A stretch of 64,000 bases of DNA, taken from contig JAGWLG010000009.1 in assembly GCA_028864975.1 (NCBI GenBank), positions 54,145-118,144 on the forward strand, read 5' to 3'. The notes beneath the pieces are model-generated. The model worked only from the letters and a program-made list of their open reading frames with translations. It was not told the DNA's origin and searched no databases. This document shows, piece after piece, positions 58,296-64,000 of the stretch. Each line of letters opens with the position of its first letter. Within the stretch, counting starts at the first letter, position 1. This DNA comes from Thermoplasmata archaeon (GTDB lineage Archaea > Thermoplasmatota > Thermoplasmata > Lutacidiplasmatales > UBA184). The translations under genes and the position numbers were made by a program.

Positions 58296-58526
58296 TCAGT
58301 AGCCTTTCTTGGCCTGAGCACGTGAGCGTCGGATGATCTCGGAGCCTGGGACGTCCTCACCGGAGTGCCGACGTCGCTCCATTTCTTCGTACCACCCCGG
58401 GGGTACGTAGTCCTCGGCCATGTCCAGTAGGAACTGGTCCCAAGTCTGATTGGCCGTCTTCAGCTTCTGGAGACGTTCGATGACTTGGGCGTGCGCTGGA
58501 ATGGAACTTAGCCGGTCGGGTGCCAT
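58296..58526 (-). CDS. Antitoxin-like small DNA-binding protein (RHH-like N-terminus)
   Basis: SSIPAHAQVIERLQKLK..QTWDQFLLDM; 2-nt gap to the toxin; alternative start at 58550. Confidence 0.7.
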   Translation of the reverse strand: MAPDRLSSIPAHAQVIERLQKLKTANQTWDQFLLDMAEDYVPPGWYEEMERRRHSGEDVPGSEIIRRSRAQAKKGY

Positions 58527-58664
58527 ATCATGATGGTCAATGATGGCCATGTACTTAGGAGTTCGGGCATCAATGAGATGTGGCGCATGGTGGCCACCGA
58601 TTGGGGACAAGTTCACCTCATGGGCCGGGGGGAGAACCGGACCGTTGAGGCGCGTAGGCTGAGA

Positions 58665-58681
58665 TGCAACTGTGATTGCAC
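58665..58681. repeat. Palindromic site B (TGCAA-CTGTGA-TTGCAC)
   Basis: 14/17 identical to site A; between the two TA-like modules. Confidence 0.6.
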
Positions 58682-58703
58682 GCTACGTCAGACGACGATG
58701 TTG

Positions 58704-59309
58704 TCAGCGCTTCGTGAGGCGCAGGCGACGCGCCGGCGGAGAATCTGAGACCTTGCGGGCACGTGAGAGCATTTGCTCGTACTCCCGGACTACCTTCTCT
58801 TGAGCTACTTCGCTCTCCAGGTACTCAGTGTCGAATCGATCGACAAGCCGAAGGTAGAGCATGACCGCCTCGTCGAGGGCGTGCGCGGACTTCTTGCCGT
58901 AGTCTCCAGCAGCGTAAATCAGACGTCGGACGATGAGGTCCTCTGGGGCCGCGAGCCTGACCGGGCCGTGCGGTGTCCCCACGACCGTGGTTGCCTCCCA
59001 AAGTCCGGCGTACTTGTCTCGTCCAAGCTCGACCACCAGGCTGAGGTCGTTGCGAGTCCAATAGCGCCCGTCAAAGTCGAATCCCCACTGAGAAAGAATC
59101 GGGGCGAGCCGTGTCTTGCCCCCGACGATGTCCACGTCTCCGGAAACGTACATCCCATCGGTGTAGATCTCAATCGCTGAGCCGCCAACGATCACCAACC
59201 GGTCACCCAATCCCGATTCCGTCGCCAAGAGGGCGCCGAGAAAGGCAACTCGGCGATCTGGACGCGGTTCGTTAGAGAGGATTGAGTCGAACTCCTCGCG
59301 ACTAACCAT
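58704..59309 (-). CDS. Nucleotidyltransferase (DUF6036/AbiEii-like) putative toxin
   Basis: IVGGSA...SGDVDIV DNA-pol-beta-type NTase motif, AAPEDLIVRR. Confidence 0.78.
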   Translation of the reverse strand: MVSREEFDSILSNEPRPDRRVAFLGALLATESGLGDRLVIVGGSAIEIYTDGMYVSGDVDIVGGKTRLAPILSQWGFDFDGRYWTRNDLSLVVELGRDKYAGLWEATTVVGTPHGPVRLAAPEDLIVRRLIYAAGDYGKKSAHALDEAVMLYLRLVDRFDTEYLESEVAQEKVVREYEQMLSRARKVSDSPPARRLRLTKR

Positions 59310-59760
59310 GCTCGGAACCCCTCAATCCCGCTGCCTGAAGGACTCGGTCCTTCGACGCGTGTCGAATGGGCAGAGGCTTCCCTCGATAGGTCAGGGCGCG
59401 CCGGGTGTGGCCGCGAGGGGTTGGAAGGGCTCGCAATTGGGCAGCGATAGCGAGGGTGGACGGCCTGAGCCTCTGCTTCTCTGCCACCCAATCATCCAAC
59501 CACAGCATTCGCGCCCGCTTCCTAAGAAGCTGGACGAGGTCCGCATCCACCAGGGCATACCCTCTGCCGTCCTTGCTGACAATGCCCGCTGACGACGCAC
59601 GATGAAGCTCTTGGTAGACCTTGACTCGCGGAAGCCCCGTCAGGACTGCGATTCGGTACCCTGTCATGGGGTCTGGCGCACTGGCCAGCGCGGCAAGTGT
59701 CGCGAGGCGAGTGTGGCTTCCCGTGAACGCCTCCAGACCTGGATCAAGCCGCATCTTCAT
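59302..59760 (-). CDS. Winged-HTH protein, putative antitoxin partner of the NTase
   Basis: MTGYRIAVLTGLPRVKVYQELHR HTH; 8-nt overlap with the NTase. Confidence 0.75.
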   Translation of the reverse strand: MKMRLDPGLEAFTGSHTRLATLAALASAPDPMTGYRIAVLTGLPRVKVYQELHRASSAGIVSKDGRGYALVDADLVQLLRKRARMLWLDDWVAEKQRLRPSTLAIAAQLRALPTPRGHTRRALTYRGKPLPIRHASKDRVLQAAGLRGSEHG

Positions 59761-59931
59761 CAGATAGGATACAGTTGGGTTCCTATTTGTAGGATACCAA
59801 TAAGGTCCGTACTGCGAACTGACCATCTGGAGAGACGGAGAAGCGCGCGTTCACGGATATCCGATCGGTCTCCAAGCAAGGGCAGGAGCAAGAGCTCCCA
59901 ATGCGAATGTGGTACGTTGAACTCATCTATT

Positions 59932-59948
59932 CGCAAGGCCGATTGCAC
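59932..59948. repeat. Palindromic site C (CGCAA-GGCCGA-TTGCAC)
   Basis: GCAA-N6-TTGC; its 12-nt core AAGGCCGATTGC is repeated at 54735-54746. Confidence 0.6.
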
Positions 59949-60217
59949 CTCCTCTTGTCTGGGCGCGGGTTGCGCTGGATAGCTGGCGCCGAGATGTGGA
60001 AGTCGGTTTGCACCTGAGCTGTCCGAGTCGGAAGCATCGGAAGTCCAATGGCACGCTCCTCGATGCGGCCTCTCTCGAGTGGCCCGCGCTGTTCAATGGG
60101 TTGACTTCTTGGGAGGCCGCTCCATTCGCTGGCCGGTGGGTCATGTCAGTCGGTCGCCCGTCACGCGCGGGTCACGAGCGCGAGAGTGAGCCATCTCATG
60201 CGGGCCAACGCGACGGC

Positions 60218-60340
60218 ATGACGACTGAGGAATACGTGGCCGGCTTGGAATCAACTCTCTCGCCAGCCCAACGCAAGCGGCTCAAGCGAGTCGAGGAACT
60301 GATTCGCGAGGACGCTCGAATCCTCAGGGGCTTGGCTTAG
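60218..60340 (+). CDS. 40-aa antitoxin-like peptide
   Basis: C-terminal EELIREDARILRGLA resembles Phd/AbrB-type antitoxin tails. Confidence 0.4.
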   Translation: MTTEEYVAGLESTLSPAQRKRLKRVEELIREDARILRGLA

Positions 60341-60494
60341 GGGCGAAGGAACCCCGAATCCAGGCTACCGCGCGCTCTTCCTCCCCCATTCGTACGTCGT
60401 TCAGACCGTTCATGCTTGCAGCCACCTCAAGGCCTTGTCTGATGGAGAAGATCTCATTTCCGCCGACCGCGTCCTCCCCCCTTGGGGCGACTGA

Positions 60495-60932
60495 ATGAGC
60501 GAGAACGTGCCGGAGCCGCCAAACCTGTGGAAGGGGTGCACGACGGGTGCCGACCTGATCCCAACTTTGGATCTGGATGAAGAGGATGAGTTCGAGCTCT
60601 TCAATGCGGACCGGTCCAAGAGAGTAACTGGGCTGTGGGATGTGGATGGGAACTACCAGCTCTTCGTCTTTTCCCGGCCATCCCGCTCCGCGGTTCGATT
60701 AGCAGACAGTGCGGTCCACAAAGCCCGTGCGGAGTGCAAGAGTCTCTCCGAGAAGCTCTCTAACATCTCGAATGATCCGTGGCCTGGAGAAGTCGAAGAG
60801 GATGGTGCCATCGCAACCGGTCCTGGACTTGTGAGGGACATTTTCGAGGAGCAAGGAATCCCCTTCCAAGTGAAGGCCAGGAGCACATCGGATGGACTCT
60901 TCCCTTCGTCTGACGAGGCTCGCGGGCGATGA
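60495..60932 (+). CDS. Acidic hypothetical protein
   Basis: 145-aa ORF with ATG start. Confidence 0.55.
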   Translation: MSENVPEPPNLWKGCTTGADLIPTLDLDEEDEFELFNADRSKRVTGLWDVDGNYQLFVFSRPSRSAVRLADSAVHKARAECKSLSEKLSNISNDPWPGEVEEDGAIATGPGLVRDIFEEQGIPFQVKARSTSDGLFPSSDEARGR

Positions 60933-61002
60933 CGGACAAGCTGCGGTTGCACCCGCACGGTTGGGCGTCCGGATCGGGCAGATCTCATGAGCAGCGATCG
61001 CG

Positions 61003-61221
61003 TTGGCTGACATGGCTGCTCGAAAGTCAAGATCGGACCTCTCGCACCGCGCAATGACTTGGTGGAAGTCGGAAGGGCGTCAGCGTGTGCATGGACTCGA
61101 GTTTCATCTAGAAATCATCGAGATCATGACCCTCGGGTTCACAAAGGAGGAACGAGCTCTCCTCTCCGAAGTCGTTCGCCAGGTCCTTATGGGGGGCAAG
61201 TCCATTCGACGCTTCATGTGA
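61003..61221 (+). CDS. Small hypothetical protein
   Basis: 72-aa ORF upstream of the DUF2075 gene. Confidence 0.35.
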   Translation: MADMAARKSRSDLSHRAMTWWKSEGRQRVHGLEFHLEIIEIMTLGFTKEERALLSEVVRQVLMGGKSIRRFM

Positions 61222-61321
61222 TACCGTGTCGACATGTAAACCAGATCTCCCTCCCGAGGTTTGACACTGGCGCAACTACGGGCGCTACCATAATCACGGA
61301 CGAACGCTCGGGTGAAGCAGT

Positions 61322-63241
61322 TTGATGCTCGAGGAACGATGTGCTTGGGCTGGGCACTTCGATCAATTCGTCGGCCTACCGGACCGCACGCTCTTCTCGC
61401 ACCTCACACGATTCACCCGAGAGAAGGAACCACTCCAACTCGGCGCTTGGCGGGACAGTCTCGAAGCCCTCCAAAGAGAGGCGGGCGAGTGCATTCGAGC
61501 CAGCCCCGTTGCGAGTGGCTTCGGGGCGGTATTGGAGTACAAGCTCTCTGTCGACCGCGCGCGCCGGCCCGACGTGGTCGTCTTGGAGAACGGCTCGGTG
61601 GTCGTCCTAGAATTCAAGTCGACGGCGCACGTTCGACAGGCCGATCTCGACCAAGTCGCCGGGTATGCTCGGGATCTCGAGGGCTATCACGAAGCCAGCC
61701 AAAACCGCCACGTAATCCCGGTGCTCATCCCGATGAGATTCCGTAGCGGGAGGTTCCACCAAGGGTCCACGTGGATCTGTCCACCAAACGAGCTTGCAGC
61801 GTTGTTGCTCGATCTGACCGGTGGTACTGCTGCCGGGCGAGCGGACATTGAGAAGTGGGTTCGCTCCGAGTTCGTACCGCTCCCCAAACTCGTCGAGTCC
61901 GCTCGTCTCATTTTCGAACGCTCCCCCTTACCGTTCATACGGAGGGTCTCCGAGGCAGGCATTCCCAACCTGATCGAGAGGATGTTAGGGGTATGCCGCG
62001 AGGCCGCCCAGCGCGGGCAGCGCCACCTCATCCTGCTCTCCGGAGTGCCGGGCTCGGGGAAGACTCTCGCCGGACTCCAGCTGGTTCACCATCCAGGGCT
62101 TGATATCATCGCAACTGCAGGGTCATCCAATAGAGCCATTTCGCCCGCGGTTTTTCTCTCCGGGAACGGCCCCCTCGTAAAGGTCCTCCGACATGCGCTC
62201 GGAAGCAAAGTCTTCGTTACGGACATCTGGACGTATCTTCGCAAGAACCTCGAAGAGGGCGCACTTGCACCCCGCGAGCATGTGGTCGTCTTCGACGAGG
62301 CGCAGAGGGCGTGGGACCATCGAAAGGTCTTCGACAGCCATGACAGTCTCCTCGGCGATCGCTCAGAACCCCAACTTCTCCTTGAGAGCTGCGAGAAAGT
62401 TCGCGATTGGTGCACCCTGGTCGGGCTCTTCGGTGAGGGCCAGGAGATTCACTCCGGGGAGGAGGGGGGGATTCAACTTTGGATTGATGCAGTTTCAAAG
62501 AAGGATGGTACGACTTGGTTTGTTCATGGACCTGAACGCTGGAGGACCGGATTCGAAGCTGTGGGTGCCAGCTACGATTCGGCTCCCGAATTCGACCTCA
62601 CCCAGAGCATCAGGAGCCACCTGGCCGTGGGCTCGGCGGCTTGGGCATCCCTACTTCTGTCAGGTCGCCTGGGGGAGGCCAGGAACGTTGTAAGCTCTGG
62701 ACTGAGGGAGTTCCCAATCTACGCCACTCGTAGCTTGGAGGACGCGAAGTCCTACGTTCACGAGAGATACAGGGGTGAAGGGGACGGCTATCGATGGGGA
62801 CTCCTGGCGTCCTCCAAGGCGCGCAATCTCTCGGGGTACGGGGTTCGAAACGACTGGATGTCGACTAAGGTGGTCAACCACGGGGCCTGGTACAACGATG
62901 CTCCGACAGCCCCGAAGTCGTGTTGCCAGCTCCAGGACGTCGTAACGGAATTTGGTTGTCAAGGACTCGAACTGGATCTTCCGCTAGTGTGTTGGGGGGA
63001 TGACCTCGTTTGGAGCGGGACCAAGTGGACTTCCGACTCCAAGCCGAGCAAGGGGGTCGAGGATGCCTTGAGACTACGCCTGAATGCATACCGCGTGCTC
63101 CTCACTAGAGGCCGGGATGGGATTTGCATCTTCGTCCCGGAGTCACCGAAAGTGGAAATGGACAGCACCTACCGCTCACTCTTGGATGCAGGCGTGTCTC
63201 CCCTGCTTCCTGGCGTGAGCGAGGCCCAATCGGCACAATAG
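61322..63241 (+). CDS. NERD-like nuclease fused to DUF2075 (Schlafen group 3-type) helicase/ATPase
   Basis: RPDVVVL...VLEFKS PD-(D/E)xK motif, SGVPGSGKT, VVFDEAQRAW, TEFGCQGLELD, NAYRVLLTRGRDG. Confidence 0.9.
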   Translation: MMLEERCAWAGHFDQFVGLPDRTLFSHLTRFTREKEPLQLGAWRDSLEALQREAGECIRASPVASGFGAVLEYKLSVDRARRPDVVVLENGSVVVLEFKSTAHVRQADLDQVAGYARDLEGYHEASQNRHVIPVLIPMRFRSGRFHQGSTWICPPNELAALLLDLTGGTAAGRADIEKWVRSEFVPLPKLVESARLIFERSPLPFIRRVSEAGIPNLIERMLGVCREAAQRGQRHLILLSGVPGSGKTLAGLQLVHHPGLDIIATAGSSNRAISPAVFLSGNGPLVKVLRHALGSKVFVTDIWTYLRKNLEEGALAPREHVVVFDEAQRAWDHRKVFDSHDSLLGDRSEPQLLLESCEKVRDWCTLVGLFGEGQEIHSGEEGGIQLWIDAVSKKDGTTWFVHGPERWRTGFEAVGASYDSAPEFDLTQSIRSHLAVGSAAWASLLLSGRLGEARNVVSSGLREFPIYATRSLEDAKSYVHERYRGEGDGYRWGLLASSKARNLSGYGVRNDWMSTKVVNHGAWYNDAPTAPKSCCQLQDVVTEFGCQGLELDLPLVCWGDDLVWSGTKWTSDSKPSKGVEDALRLRLNAYRVLLTRGRDGICIFVPESPKVEMDSTYRSLLDAGVSPLLPGVSEAQSAQ

Positions 63242-63344
63242 CCGTTGCACCAACCGTACACGGAAGACGACCGACGTTCCCGATGCCGAAGGCCTCGTGT
63301 CGTCCGAAAGTGCTATCAGACGTTGATTTGGTCAATCCCACTGC

Positions 63345-63950
63345 ATGACTGCAATTCCTGCTGATTACGTTGCAGCCCTCATCGGAGCATTTGGGGCGGT
63401 CCTGGTTCTCTTTCTCCAATGGATGAGGGAGTTCTTCCAGGAAATATCGAGCAGGGACAAGTGGATCGGGAGACTGCGTCGGATATCGCCGGAGGTGAAT
63501 GCGGCCTTCCTCAGCCTCACCAACGACGGGCGGGGAGTGTTCTCTTTCGTGCCCCCTCTTCTCGCGGTTCTGCCTCTGCTCATCTTTCTGGTCCCCCCAT
63601 TGGGTGCTTCAAGCCCGGTTGACCGACTCGAGTTGGCTGGAATCATCGTGATCTTTGGGTTCGTGGCAATCCATCTCTTGGGGGCACACGCCCTACCAAA
63701 CCTCCTCCACTCGAGGGTGGCATCCGATGCCACATTCCGCTCCAAAGTCTCAAATCGCTACATGCTCCTCAATTTCTATCTCAACTACCTTGGAGCCTGC
63801 GTCTACGTCGCCGGCACGAATGTCTTCGACTTGATGACCTCGGGTACTAGCATCAACTGGCAGGACCTTGTCTTCGGACCCGGGTTCGACAAATTGACCC
63901 GGCCTCTCTCGGAGAATCCTGAGTGTAGGAAAACCGTAGAGAATATGTAG
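63345..63950 (+). CDS. Hypothetical multi-pass membrane protein
   Basis: Three to four hydrophobic segments, AT-richer codons. Confidence 0.65.
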   Translation: MTAIPADYVAALIGAFGAVLVLFLQWMREFFQEISSRDKWIGRLRRISPEVNAAFLSLTNDGRGVFSFVPPLLAVLPLLIFLVPPLGASSPVDRLELAGIIVIFGFVAIHLLGAHALPNLLHSRVASDATFRSKVSNRYMLLNFYLNYLGACVYVAGTNVFDLMTSGTSINWQDLVFGPGFDKLTRPLSENPECRKTVENM

Positions 63951-64000
63951 GAATCCTTCCTATCCCACCTCGTGGACCTCCGGTTCTTCCTCAAGCTCAT

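Noticed and set aside
60410-60619. HPFHRFGGSG as a Fic/Doc motif
   Set aside because: Does not match HPFxDGNGR, and it is the antisense shadow of the 60495 ORF.
57900-63350. Classical integron (IntI plus attC) interpretation of the island
   Set aside because: No paired RYYYAAC/GTTRRRY boxes were found after the stops, and the recombinase lacks the IntI-specific insertion.
1-64000. CRISPR array or cas genes
   Set aside because: No regularly spaced 25-40-bp repeats and no Cas motifs were seen.
1-64000. Numerous long Arg/Pro/Gly-rich ORFs in the six-frame track
   Set aside because: They are antisense or off-frame shadows expected at high GC, overlapping genes with clear family motifs.

Overview
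GC-rich archaeal chromosome segment, most likely Thermoplasmata. This is inferred from archaeal ribosomal proteins L37e/S15/S3Ae, Lsm, fibrillarin, two intron-containing tRNAs, a stand-alone 5S rRNA and a bacterial-type GyrA. About 1-51 kb is mostly housekeeping and metabolic genes. It also holds a type IV pilus-like locus with two ATPases and two platform proteins, a PrkA-like AAA+/VWA/M3-peptidase operon, a minimal aryl-CoA epoxidase-like cluster and a complete IS5-family (IS903-like) element with a 9-bp target duplication. A ~2-kb hicBA islet is bounded by a 12-bp copy of the tRNA-Met 3' end. Right after the 5S rRNA come a tyrosine recombinase and, from ~53.8 kb, a region that looks more AT-rich by eye, with a GvpD/KaiC-like ATPase, two toxin-antitoxin-like pairs, a DUF2075 nuclease-helicase and orphan genes. 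The most unusual signal is a palindromic site, GCAA-N6-TTGC. By manual scan it occurs exactly three times in the window, each time at a boundary of the two TA modules, with degenerate copies at other gene boundaries in the same island. All family assignments come from motif recognition, not database searches.
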